Below are positions 19,206 through 27,852 of a DNA stretch of 57,540 bases, piece by piece. This stretch comes from Burkholderiales bacterium 68-10 (GTDB lineage Bacteria; Pseudomonadota; Gammaproteobacteria; Burkholderiales; Burkholderiaceae_C). Where the stretch lies: the NCBI GenBank assembly GCA_001897615.1, contig MKTG01000048.1, positions 1 through 57,540 of the forward strand, given 5' to 3'. A model generated the notes under the pieces. The model searched no databases and had not been told where the DNA came from. It saw only the letters and a list, made by a program, of their open reading frames with translations. The translations under genes and the position numbers were made by a program. The first letter of the stretch is position 1. Every line of letters begins with the position of its first letter.

Positions 19206-19796
19206 ATGAGCAAGTTCGACAAGACGGCCCTGCGCGAACGCCTGGTGCGTGAGCGCTTGCATCTGGACGACCGCCTGGCCCGCGCGGCGGCGCTGCAGGA
19301 CATCATGCGCATCTGGCTGCTGGGCCGGCCGGACACGGTGATCGGCGCCTACTGGCCGATCAAGGGCGAATTCGATCCCCTGCCCGCGCTGCACCGCTGG
19401 AAGGAAGACGGCGAGCTGATGGACGAGCCGCTGCGCCGGCGCATCGGCCTGCCGGTGATCGACAAGGTGCACAAGACGCTGACGTTCCACGTCTGGTACC
19501 CGGGCTGCCCGATGGAGGAGGACGCCTATGGCATCCCCAAGCCCAAGGACACCGAGCTGATCGTGCCCACCCTGCTGTTCGTGCCCTGCGTCGGCTACGG
19601 CCCGGGAGGCTACCGGCTGGGCTATGGCGGCGGCTTCTACGACCGCACGCTGGCGGCGCTGGAGCCCCGGCCGCACACCGTGGGTCTGGGCTTCACCCAG
19701 GGTTTCGTCGACGATTTCGAGCCCGAACCGCACGACCAGCCGCTGGACGCTATCCTCAACGACAACGGCGTGGTCTGGCCTGTGGCGGCGCCGTGA
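19206..19796 (+). CDS. 5-formyltetrahydrofolate cyclo-ligase
   Basis: MSKFDKTALRERLVRERL… and the C-terminal GYGGGFYDRTL motif. It lies inside the spurious long ORF 17619..19796. Confidence 0.85.
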   Translation: MSKFDKTALRERLVRERLHLDDRLARAAALQDIMRIWLLGRPDTVIGAYWPIKGEFDPLPALHRWKEDGELMDEPLRRRIGLPVIDKVHKTLTFHVWYPGCPMEEDAYGIPKPKDTELIVPTLLFVPCVGYGPGGYRLGYGGGFYDRTLAALEPRPHTVGLGFTQGFVDDFEPEPHDQPLDAILNDNGVVWPVAAP

Positions 19797-19807
19797 CAAA
19801 GCGCACG

Positions 19808-19835
19808 GGGCGGCCGCGCCGCCCGGGTGATTTTT
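19808..19835 (+). terminator. Candidate intrinsic terminator after the cyclo-ligase gene
   Basis: Stem GGGCGGC (19808-14) / GCCGCCC (19818-24) with a 3-nt loop. TTTTT lies at 19831-35, separated from the stem by 6 nt, which is suboptimal. Confidence 0.35.
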
Positions 19836-19949
19836 GACGTAGCTCAAATTTACCGCCGATTCCCGGGCGGATAGTGTGGCTATTGAGGGGCACGTGCCGG
19901 TGCGGCACCGTGCCCCGTTCCCCCTCGCACCCTGCCACCCCGCAAGACC

Positions 19950-21146
19950 ATGACCTCAACACAGGACCTCTCCGAGCGCGGTTCGGCCAAACGCGGCGCC
20001 AACGCCCCGGCCACGACCCGGCGCGCGCGCCCGCGCAACGACATCGACCGCGACGTGCGCCCGGCGCGCCTGGGCGACACCCCGCCGTCCCTGCGGCCGC
20101 GGGCCATCGGGCGCCACGTGGTCGAGCACGCCACCGCCGCCGCGCGCGACGCGCAGGCGCAGGCGGCGCTGCGGCTGGTCAACGACCCGGCGGCCGGCAC
20201 TCCGGGCGAGCGCGCCGGCGCGCTGCGCGCACTGCTCGATGGCGCCTCGCCCGACGACCGCAAGGCCCTGCGCAAAGCGCTCAAGGCCAATGGCGCCGAC
20301 GCGCCCGGCGGCAAGCTGGACCCGGACGAGGCCCTGGCGCCCGACTGGCGCGACGGCAGCTACCCCTACCAGAACCTGCTGCGCCGCGCCACCTACGAGC
20401 AGCAGAAGTTCAAGCTGCAGGTCGAGCTGCTGAAGCTGCAGAACTGGGTCAAGGAAACCGGCCAGCGCGTGGTCATCGTCTTCGAGGGCCGCGACGCCGC
20501 CGGCAAGGGCGGCACCATCAAGCGCTTCATGGAGCACCTCAACCCGCGCGGCGCGCGCGTGGTGGCGCTGGAAAAACCCAGCGAGACCGAGCGCGGCCAG
20601 TGGTACTTCCAGCGCTACGTGCAGCACCTGCCGACGCACGGCGAAATCGTGCTGTTCGACCGCAGCTGGTACAACCGCGCCGGCGTCGAGCGCGTGATGG
20701 GCTTTTGCAGCGAGCGGGAATACCAGGACTTCATGCACCAGGCGCCCGAGTTCGAGCGCCACCTGGTCAGCAGCGGCATCCACCTGATCAAGTTCTGGTT
20801 CTCGGTCAGCCGCGCCGAGCAGCGCCGCCGCTTCAAGGAGCGCGAAAACCACCCCCTCAAGCAGTGGAAGCTCAGCCCCATCGACAAGGCCAGCCTCGAC
20901 AAGTGGGACGAGTACACGCGCGCCAAGGAGGCCATGTTCTTCGAGACCGACACCGCCGACTCGCCCTGGACGGTGATCAAGAGCGACTGCAAGAAGCGCG
21001 CGCGCCTGAACGCCATGCGCTACGCGCTGCACAAGCTGCCCTACACCGGCAAGGACCTGGCGCAGATCGGCAAGCTCGATCCGCTGATCGTCGGTCGCGC
21101 GCACGTGGTGTACGAGCGCGGCGAGCGCCCCCAGGCGCTGATGTGA
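19950..21146 (+). CDS. ppk2: Polyphosphate kinase 2 with a ~130-aa N-terminal extension
   Basis: PPK2 core: VVIVFEGRDAAGKGGTIKRF (Walker A-like), FDRSWYNRAGVERVMGF, HPLKQWKLSPID. The first ~130 aa are Arg/Ala-rich and not part of the core. Confidence 0.9.
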   Translation: MTSTQDLSERGSAKRGANAPATTRRARPRNDIDRDVRPARLGDTPPSLRPRAIGRHVVEHATAAARDAQAQAALRLVNDPAAGTPGERAGALRALLDGASPDDRKALRKALKANGADAPGGKLDPDEALAPDWRDGSYPYQNLLRRATYEQQKFKLQVELLKLQNWVKETGQRVVIVFEGRDAAGKGGTIKRFMEHLNPRGARVVALEKPSETERGQWYFQRYVQHLPTHGEIVLFDRSWYNRAGVERVMGFCSEREYQDFMHQAPEFERHLVSSGIHLIKFWFSVSRAEQRRRFKERENHPLKQWKLSPIDKASLDKWDEYTRAKEAMFFETDTADSPWTVIKSDCKKRARLNAMRYALHKLPYTGKDLAQIGKLDPLIVGRAHVVYERGERPQALM

Positions 21147-21195
21147 AGGCCGACGGGCGCCGGCCGGGTCGCGCCCGATCCTGGATATATTGCAT

Positions 21196-21237
21196 TGCAA
21201 CGCCCAGGGGTAGCGCGCGAGCAGCTATCATTATGAA
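21196..21237 (+). repeat. Dispersed low-GC repeat, copy G (5'-truncated or degenerate)
   Basis: …CGCCCAGGGGTAGCGCGCGAGCAGCTATCATTATGAAAG. It has the family tail GCGAGCAGCTATCATTA but lacks the TCAAATCAGCC head. Confidence 0.5.
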
Positions 21238-21293
21238 AGCGCCCTGCTGATCGACAACCGGCTGCATCCACTCCGGGGCGCGACACCCACCCC

Positions 21294-21830
21294 ATGCGAA
21301 TCCTCGGCATCGACCCCGGCCTGCGCACCACCGGCTTCGGCGTGCTCGACGCCGAGGGCCCGCGCCTGTGCTACGTCGCCAGCGGCGTGATCCAGACCCA
21401 CGGCGCCGAGCAGGGCAATCTGCCGGCGCGGCTGAAGCTGCTGTTCGACGGCATCACCGAGCTGAAGGCGCGCTACACGCCCGACGTGGCGGCGGTGGAG
21501 ATCGTGTTCGTCAACGTCAACCCGCAGGCCACGCTGCTGCTGGGCCAGGCGCGCGGCGCCTGCGTCACCGCGCTGGTGGCCAGCGATCTGCCGGTGGCCG
21601 AATACACGGCGCTGCAGATGAAGCAGGCCGTGGCCGGCCACGGCAAGGCCGCCAAGACACAGGTGCAGGCCATGGTGCAGCGCCTGCTGGGCCTGCCCGC
21701 CGCCCCGCGCCCCGACGCCGCCGACGCCCTGGGCCTGGCCATCACGCACGCCCACGCCGGCCCGGCCGTCGCCCGCCTGCACGCGGCGGGCGCCGGACGC
21801 ACCACCAGCAGCATGTACCGGCGTCGCTGA
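21294..21830 (+). CDS. ruvC: Holliday junction resolvase RuvC
   Basis: [19 protein letters not shown]…[18 protein letters not shown]…[13 protein letters not shown]. Confidence 0.95.
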   Translation: MRILGIDPGLRTTGFGVLDAEGPRLCYVASGVIQTHGAEQGNLPARLKLLFDGITELKARYTPDVAAVEIVFVNVNPQATLLLGQARGACVTALVASDLPVAEYTALQMKQAVAGHGKAAKTQVQAMVQRLLGLPAAPRPDAADALGLAITHAHAGPAVARLHAAGAGRTTSSMYRRR

Positions 21831-21845
21831 TTTCGCTTCAAATCA

Positions 21846-22099
21846 GGCTCTTCTCGCGAATGATGGTCATGGCCTGCGAGACAAGGCTTCGAATGGCCGC
21901 TTATTGGAAACCGCCAACCTCCGAACGCAGAGGACGCAGAGATCTCGCAGAGGACGCAAAAAACAAGAAGATCCATCGGCTTTCTTTGCTTCCTCCGCGA
22001 ATCCTTGGCGTCCTCTGCGTATGGTTGTTCATTTTTCTCATGCGTCGTGTCGCAGTACGGCACTGATCGAGTACATCACCATCATTCGCGAGTAGAGCC
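21846..22099. mobile_element. MITE-like non-autonomous element (254 bp) with terminal inverted repeats and target-site duplication
   Basis: Left end GGCTCTTCTCGCGAATGATGGTCATGGCC; reverse complement of the right end GGCTCTACTCGCGAATGATGGTGATGTAC (26/29 identical). Flanked by the direct repeat TCAAATCA(G) at 21838-21845/6 and 22100-22107/8. Internal CGCAGAGGACGCA occurs twice direct (21926, 21946) and once inverted (22008-22019). GC content is low. No transposase-sized ORF is present. Confidence 0.75.
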
Positions 22100-22152
22100 T
22101 CAAATCAGCCCGCGACGACCGCATAGCAAGCGCAAGCAGCTATCTTTTTAGG
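22100..22152 (+). repeat. Dispersed low-GC repeat, copy H (target of the MITE insertion)
   Basis: TCAAATCAGCCCGCGACGACCGCATAGCAAGCGCAAGCAGCTATCTTTTTAGG. Its first 8-9 nt are duplicated on the other side of the MITE. Confidence 0.65.
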
Positions 22153-22196
22153 AGTATTCGAACCCAGCGAAAGCCCTTGTCCACGGGCACGCCAGC

Positions 22197-23120
22197 TCAC
22201 CAGGCGCGCGCCAGCTGGGCAAAGCCCGAGGGCGCCTGACGCGCGTCCTCGAAGCTGACGATGTCCCAGGCGTCCTGGCGCGCCAGCAGGGCGCGCAGCA
22301 ACTGATTGTTCAGCGCGTGGCCGGAGCGGAAGGCGCTGTAGGCGGCCAGCATCGGATGGCCGACGCAGTACAGATCGCCGATGGCGTCGAGGATCTTGTG
22401 CTTGGCGAATTCCTCGGCGTAGCGCAGCCCGCCTTCGTTGAGCACCTTGGTGTCGTCCATGACGATGGCGTTGTCCAGCCCGCCGCCCAGGGCCAGGCCG
22501 CTGGCGCGCATCATCTCCACGTCCTTGCTGAAAGCGAAGGTGCGCGCGCGCGCGATGTCGCGGCTGTAGCGCCCGGTGCCCATGTCGAAGCTGACCTGCT
22601 GCTCGGTTGAATCCACCGCCGGGTGCTGGAAGTCGATCTCGAAGCTCAGCGTGAAGCCGTGGTGCGGCGCCAGGCGCGCCCACTTGAGCTGCTCGCCCTC
22701 GCCCTCGCGCACCTCCACCGGCTTGAGCACGCGCAGGAACTTGCGCGGCGCCTTCTGCCACTCGATGCCGGCGCTTTGCAGCAGGTAGACGAAGGAGGAA
22801 GCCGAGCCGTCGAGGATCGGCACTTCCTCGGCCGTGATGTCGATGTAGAGGTTGTCCAGCCCCAGGCCGGCACAGGCCGACATCAGGTGCTCCACGGTAC
22901 GCACCTTGGCGTCGCCCGCCGACAGCGTGGAGGCCAGCCGGGTGTCGGTGACGGCCTGCGCGTTCACGGGGATGTCCACCGGCTGCGGCAGGTCGATGCG
23001 GCGAAACACGATGCCGGTGTCCGGCGGCGCCGGCCGCAGCGTCAGCTCCACCCGCTCGCCACTGTGCAGGCCCACGCCAACCGCACGCGTCAGCGCCTTC
23101 AATGTTCGTTGCGCAAGCAT
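22197..23120 (-). CDS. lpxC: UDP-3-O-acyl-N-acetylglucosamine deacetylase
   Basis: [41 protein letters not shown]…TVEHLMSA…[10 protein letters not shown]. Confidence 0.96.
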   Translation of the reverse strand: MLAQRTLKALTRAVGVGLHSGERVELTLRPAPPDTGIVFRRIDLPQPVDIPVNAQAVTDTRLASTLSAGDAKVRTVEHLMSACAGLGLDNLYIDITAEEVPILDGSASSFVYLLQSAGIEWQKAPRKFLRVLKPVEVREGEGEQLKWARLAPHHGFTLSFEIDFQHPAVDSTEQQVSFDMGTGRYSRDIARARTFAFSKDVEMMRASGLALGGGLDNAIVMDDTKVLNEGGLRYAEEFAKHKILDAIGDLYCVGHPMLAAYSAFRSGHALNNQLLRALLARQDAWDIVSFEDARQAPSGFAQLARAW

Positions 23121-23267
23121 GGTGTGATTTTACGAAACCGGCAATTCTGGCGTTGACACGCGCCAGCAATGCACCAATGGCCGCGGAGCAGGCCAGTCCA
23201 GCGAACGCCGTGGCCGGACCTGCGCCGGCCACTGGTGCAGTGTTTCGCGCTGTCAGGTACTTATAGC

Positions 23268-23362
23268 GAGTCGCCAAGGGGCCAGCTGCGCGGCGCGTGG
23301 CCGCAGGCATGGTGGCTCCATGTCAAGGCCGCGCAACAAAGCAGATGGCCCCTTGGCGGCTC
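23268..23362 (-). other. Large stem-loop (22-bp arms, 20/22 paired) between ftsZ and lpxC
   Basis: Arm GAGTCGCCAAGGGGCCAGCTGC (23268-23289) pairs with GCAGATGGCCCCTTGGCGGCTC (23341-23362). Inner complementary segments (GCGCGGC…GCCGCGC, CATGG…CCATG) would extend the helix. The function is unknown. Confidence 0.5.
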
Positions 23363-23423
23363 GCCCTGCGGGAAGCCAGAAAGGGGGGGAAGCGGCGTCA
23401 GCCGCTCAGGGGGGTGACCGTGG

Positions 23424-24647
23424 TCAATCGGCCTGCTTGCGCAGGAAGGCCGGGATCTCGAAGTCGTCCATGCCGCCGGAGGACAGCGCGTCCACCCGGG
23501 CCGCCGCCTGCGTGCGGTTGGTGCGCCACACGCTGGGCACGGCCACGTTGCCGTAGTCGGGCTGCGCCGGCGCGCCCATGCCGGGGCCACCGACGGCTTG
23601 GTTGACCGTGGGCACGTTGAACGGCACGTTGTCGGTGCCGGTGCGCAGGCCGCCTTGCAGCACGGTGATGGGCTGGCGGCGCGCGCCCTGGCGCGACAGG
23701 CCGGTGGCCACCACGGTGACGCGGATCTCGTCGCCCAGCGCATCGTCGTAAGCGGCGCCGTAAATGGTGTGGGCCTCGGGCGAGGCGTAGGCGCGGATGG
23801 TGTTCATCGCCTCCTTGGATTCGTTCAGCTTGAGCGAACCCTTGGACGCCGTCACCAGCACCAGCACGCCCTTGGCGCCCGACAGATCGATGCCCTCCAG
23901 CAGCGGGCAGGCCACGGCCTGCTCGGCGGCGATGCGGGCGCGGTCGGGGCCGCTGGCGGTGGCCGTGCCCATCATGGCCTTGCCGGGCTCGCCCATCACG
24001 GTGCGCACGTCCTCGAAGTCGACGTTGACGAAGCCGTAGTCGTTGATGATCTCGGCGATGCCGCCGACGGCGTTCTTCAGCACATCGTTGGCCTGGGCGA
24101 AGGCTTCTTCCTGGGTGATGTCATCGCCCAGCACTTCGAGCAGCTTCTCGTTCAGCACCACGACCAGCGAATCGACGTTGGCCTCCAGCTCCGTCAGGCC
24201 GGCCTCGGCGTTGGTCAGGCGGCGGCCGCCCTCCCAGTCGAAGGGCTTGGTGACCACGCCGACCGTGAGGATGCCCATGTCCTTGGCGATGCGCGCGATC
24301 ACCGGCGCCGCGCCGGTACCGGTGCCGCCGCCCATGCCGGCGGTGATGAACAGCATGTGCGCGCCGCGGATCGCCTGGCGGATGTCATCGGCGGCGGCCT
24401 CGGCCGCCTCGCGGCCCTTGTCGGGCTTGCTGCCGGCGCCCAGGCCGCTGGTGCCCAGCTGCACGGTCATGCTCGCGTTGGAGCGACTGAGCGCCTGCGC
24501 GTCGGTGTTGGCGCAGATGAACTCCACGCCCTGCACGTGGCGCGAGATCATGTGCTCGACGGCGTTGCTGCCGCCGCCGCCGACGCCGATCACCTTGATC
24601 TGGGTGCCGGAATGAAAACCGTCGGTTTCAATCATTTCGATGCTCAT
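23424..24647 (-). CDS. ftsZ: Cell division GTPase FtsZ
   Basis: GVGGGGSNAV, tubulin signature GGGTGTGAAPV, and the C-terminal conserved peptide DDFEIPAFLRKQAD. Confidence 0.98.
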   Translation of the reverse strand: MSIEMIETDGFHSGTQIKVIGVGGGGSNAVEHMISRHVQGVEFICANTDAQALSRSNASMTVQLGTSGLGAGSKPDKGREAAEAAADDIRQAIRGAHMLFITAGMGGGTGTGAAPVIARIAKDMGILTVGVVTKPFDWEGGRRLTNAEAGLTELEANVDSLVVVLNEKLLEVLGDDITQEEAFAQANDVLKNAVGGIAEIINDYGFVNVDFEDVRTVMGEPGKAMMGTATASGPDRARIAAEQAVACPLLEGIDLSGAKGVLVLVTASKGSLKLNESKEAMNTIRAYASPEAHTIYGAAYDDALGDEIRVTVVATGLSRQGARRQPITVLQGGLRTGTDNVPFNVPTVNQAVGGPGMGAPAQPDYGNVAVPSVWRTNRTQAAARVDALSSGGMDDFEIPAFLRKQAD

Positions 24648-24811
24648 GCTGGACTCCTTTTCTTGCCTGCCTAACCTTGGAATACGAACGCTGTGATGGG
24701 GGTGAACACGCCTCGGGCGCGCGCCGTGGCGGCGTCACGAGGGCGGCCCCGTGCTCTGCCATCGATGGAAAACCGGGGGCGACGCGCGGGCCTGGCCATG
24801 CATGTGTCTCA

Positions 24812-26041
24812 TCAGAAGTTCCCCACGATGAAATCCCTCAGGCGCCCGAAGGCGCTCTGCACGCCACCGGTCTTCTGCGCCACCTTGTAGCCACGCAGCC
24901 TGGCGGCGCGGGCTTCCTCCATCAGCCCCATCACGGTGGCCGCGCGCGGCTGCGCCACCATGTCGGACAGGGCGCGCGAATACTTGGGCACGCCACGCCG
25001 CACCGGCTTGAGGAAGATGTCCTCGCCCAGCTCGACCATGCCCGGCATCACCGCGCTGCCGCCCGTGAGCACCACGCCGGAGGACAGCAGCTCCTCGAAG
25101 CCCGAGTCGCGGATCACCTGCTGCACCAGCTGGAAGATCTCCTCCACGCGCGGCTCGATCACGCCGGCCAGCGCCTGGCGCGACAGCAGGCGCGGCGTGC
25201 GGTCGCCCAGGCCCGGCACCTCGACCTGGGTGTCGGCGTCGGCCAGCAGCTGCTTGGCGCAGCCGTGCGCGACCTTGATGTCCTCGGCGTCCATGGTCGG
25301 CGTGCGCAGCGCCATGGCGATGTCGCTGGTGATCAGGTCGCCCGCGATCGGGATCACCGCCGTGTGGCGGATGGCACCACCGGCGAAGATGGCCACGTCG
25401 GTGGTGCCGGCGCCCACATCGACGCAGGCCACGCCCAGCTCGCGCTCGTCGTCGGTCAGCACCGCCTGCGCCGAGGCCAGCGGATTGAGCATCAGCTGGT
25501 CCACCTCCAGCCCGCAGCGGCGCACGCACTTGATGATGTTCTCGGCCGCGCTCTGCGCGCCGGTGACGATGTGTACCTTGGCGTCCAACCGCATGCCGCT
25601 CATGCCCACCGGCTCGCGCACGTCCTGACCGTCGATCACGAATTCCTGCGGCTCCACCAGCAGCAGGCGCTGGTCGCTGGAGATGTTGATGGCCTTGGCG
25701 GCCTCGACCACGCGCGCCACGTCGGCCGGCGTGACCTCCTTGTCGCGGATCGGCACCATGCCGCTGGAGTTGATGCCGCGAATGTGGCTGCCGGTGATGC
25801 CGGTGTAGACGCGGCCGATCTTGCAGTCGGCCATCAGCTCGGCTTCCTTCAGCGCCTGCTGGATGCTGGCCACGGTGGCGTCGATGTTGACCACCGCGCC
25901 GCGCTTGAGCCCGTTGCTCGGCGCCACCCCCAGGCCCGCGAGCTTGAGATCGCCGCCGGCCAGCACCTCGCCCACCACCACCATGATCTTGGCGGTGCCG
26001 ATGTCCAGGCCGACGATCAGGTCCTTGTACTCTTTTGCCAT
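24812..26041 (-). CDS. ftsA: Cell division protein FtsA
   Basis: Actin-fold MAKEYKDLIVGLDIGTAKI…VDVGAGTTDVAIF. I moved the start to ATG 26041; the ORF-track start 26077 adds 12 residues. Confidence 0.95.
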   Translation of the reverse strand: MAKEYKDLIVGLDIGTAKIMVVVGEVLAGGDLKLAGLGVAPSNGLKRGAVVNIDATVASIQQALKEAELMADCKIGRVYTGITGSHIRGINSSGMVPIRDKEVTPADVARVVEAAKAINISSDQRLLLVEPQEFVIDGQDVREPVGMSGMRLDAKVHIVTGAQSAAENIIKCVRRCGLEVDQLMLNPLASAQAVLTDDERELGVACVDVGAGTTDVAIFAGGAIRHTAVIPIAGDLITSDIAMALRTPTMDAEDIKVAHGCAKQLLADADTQVEVPGLGDRTPRLLSRQALAGVIEPRVEEIFQLVQQVIRDSGFEELLSSGVVLTGGSAVMPGMVELGEDIFLKPVRRGVPKYSRALSDMVAQPRAATVMGLMEEARAARLRGYKVAQKTGGVQSAFGRLRDFIVGNF

Positions 26042-26073
26042 GAGGTATTCGCTCTTGCTCTCTTCTTTTCGTC

Positions 26074-26868
26074 TCAACGCCGAGGTGCCGCCGGCTGGGC
26101 GTCGGAGCGCACGGTGCTGACCCCGCGCAGTCGCAACGCGTAGCCGCCCACATGCCGCAGATCGGCCGCCTCGACCGCCGCCACCGGCCGCTGATGGCGC
26201 GCCGCCACTTCCTTGACCGTGCCGACGAACTGCTTCAGGCGCGCCGCCAGCTCGGCGGGGGTGCCCTGGCCCAGCTCGATCACGGCGCCGCTGTCCAGCT
26301 CGGCGCGCCAGTTGCCGCGCCCCTGCAGCGTCAGCTCGGCGAGATGCGCGTCCAGCGGCTCCAGCAGCGGGTTCAGCAGTTCATGCATCGCCAGCACCGA
26401 GGCCGACTGGCCCTCGGGCCCGCGCAACACCGGCAGCTCGCGCTCGCCAGGCTCGTCGGCGGTGGCCTCGAACACCTCGCCGAAGCCGTTGATCAGGTGG
26501 CCGTCATCGTCGCCCCAATGCGCCACCGCCACGTGCTCCTGCAGCGTGACGTTCAGTCGTCCCGGAAATTCGCGCTGCACCACCGCCCTGCGCACCCAGG
26601 GCACGGACTGGAACGCCGCCTGGGTGGCCGACAGGTCGAGGGTGAAGAAATTGCCGCTCAGGCGCGGCCCCACCATCGCGCGCAGGCTGGCGGCGCTGTG
26701 GTGCGCCGTGTCGCCGGTCACCACGATCTGCCGGATGGCGAACGCCGGGTTGCGCAGCACCCACCAGATCGCGGCCGCCACGCAGGCCAGCACCAGGCCG
26801 GTGGCCAGCAGCGCCGTGGTGACGTTCATCAGCCTGACGTCCAGCGGCATGGGCAGCGAATCGGTCAT
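26074..26868 (-). CDS. ftsQ: Cell division protein FtsQ
   Basis: Single transmembrane helix ([22 protein letters not shown]) followed by a POTRA domain ([11 protein letters not shown]…). ATG 26868 overlaps the ddl stop (ATGA). Confidence 0.9.
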   Translation of the reverse strand: MTDSLPMPLDVRLMNVTTALLATGLVLACVAAAIWWVLRNPAFAIRQIVVTGDTAHHSAASLRAMVGPRLSGNFFTLDLSATQAAFQSVPWVRRAVVQREFPGRLNVTLQEHVAVAHWGDDDGHLINGFGEVFEATADEPGERELPVLRGPEGQSASVLAMHELLNPLLEPLDAHLAELTLQGRGNWRAELDSGAVIELGQGTPAELAARLKQFVGTVKEVAARHQRPVAAVEAADLRHVGGYALRLRGVSTVRSDAQPAAPRR

Positions 26869-27842
26869 GCGCGCGCTCCCACCGCCGGCGCGTAGTCCAG
26901 CGCCGCATCGGCCAACAGTTGCAGGCACAGGGCTTCGTAGTCGATGCCGGCCGCGCGCGCGGCCATCGGCACCAGCGAATGCCCGGTCATGCCGGGCGAG
27001 GTGTTGATCTCCAGCAGCCAGGGCTGGCGCGTGGCGGCGTCGATCATCACGTCCAGCCGGCCCCAGCCGCGGCAGCCCAGCACCCGGTAGGCCTTCAGCA
27101 CCAGCGCCTGGATGGCGGCCTCCTCGCCGGGGGGCAGGTCGCAGGGCACGCGGTACTCGGTGACGTCGGTGAAGTACTTGTTCTGGTAGTCGTACTGGCC
27201 TTCGGGGGCCACGATGTGGATCACCGGCAGCGCGCGCGCCCGCGCGCCGGCGCCCAGCACCGGGCAGGTGACCTCGTCGCCGCTGATGAACTGCTCGCAC
27301 AGCACGTCGGCGTCCAGCCGCGCCGCATCGGCCACGGCCTGCTGCATCTGGTCGTGGCTGGTGACCTTGGTGACGCCCAGGGACGAGCCTTCGCGCACCG
27401 GCTTGACGATCAGCGGCAGACCCAGTGCCTCGGGCACGGCGCGCACCTGCTCGGGCGTGCATTCGCCCGCGCGCAGCAATACGTAGCGCGGCGTCGGCAG
27501 TCCCTCGGCCAGCCAGACGCGCTTGGTCATGACCTTGTCGATGGCCATGCTGGAGGTCATCACCCCCGCGCCGGTGTAGGGAATACCGAGCAGCTCCAGC
27601 GCGCCCTGCACCGTGCCGTCCTCGCCGAAGCGCCCGTGCAGCGCGATGAAGCAGCGGGTGAAGCCCAGCCGCCCGAGGTCGTCCATGGGGCGCTCCGCCG
27701 GATCGAAGGCATGCGCGTCGACGCCACGCGCCCGCAGCGCCGTCAGCACGCCCTGGCCGGACATCAGGGAAACCTCCCGCTCGGCCGAGCGCCCGCCCAT
27801 CAGGACGGCGACTTTTCCGAATTGAACGCTGTGTGGCTGCAT
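26865..27842 (-). CDS. ddl: D-alanine--D-alanine ligase
   Basis: [22 protein letters not shown]…[27 protein letters not shown]…[12 protein letters not shown] moved the start to ATG 27842. Confidence 0.94.
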   Translation of the reverse strand: MQPHSVQFGKVAVLMGGRSAEREVSLMSGQGVLTALRARGVDAHAFDPAERPMDDLGRLGFTRCFIALHGRFGEDGTVQGALELLGIPYTGAGVMTSSMAIDKVMTKRVWLAEGLPTPRYVLLRAGECTPEQVRAVPEALGLPLIVKPVREGSSLGVTKVTSHDQMQQAVADAARLDADVLCEQFISGDEVTCPVLGAGARARALPVIHIVAPEGQYDYQNKYFTDVTEYRVPCDLPPGEEAAIQALVLKAYRVLGCRGWGRLDVMIDAATRQPWLLEINTSPGMTGHSLVPMAARAAGIDYEALCLQLLADAALDYAPAVGARA

Positions 27843-27852
27843 GGTGATCGAC

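Noticed and set aside
17091-19847. 918-aa version of slt and 859-aa version of murG (29268..31847), as given by the ORF track. Also the extended N-termini of cca, ftsA, ddl, murE, ftsI, hslU, the COG0523 gene, pgpA, livG/F and the binding proteins.
   Set aside because: The homologous sequence begins at internal start codons, often with ATGA stop/start overlaps with the upstream gene or a signal peptide right after the internal Met. The upstream extensions overlap neighbouring genes and look non-coding.
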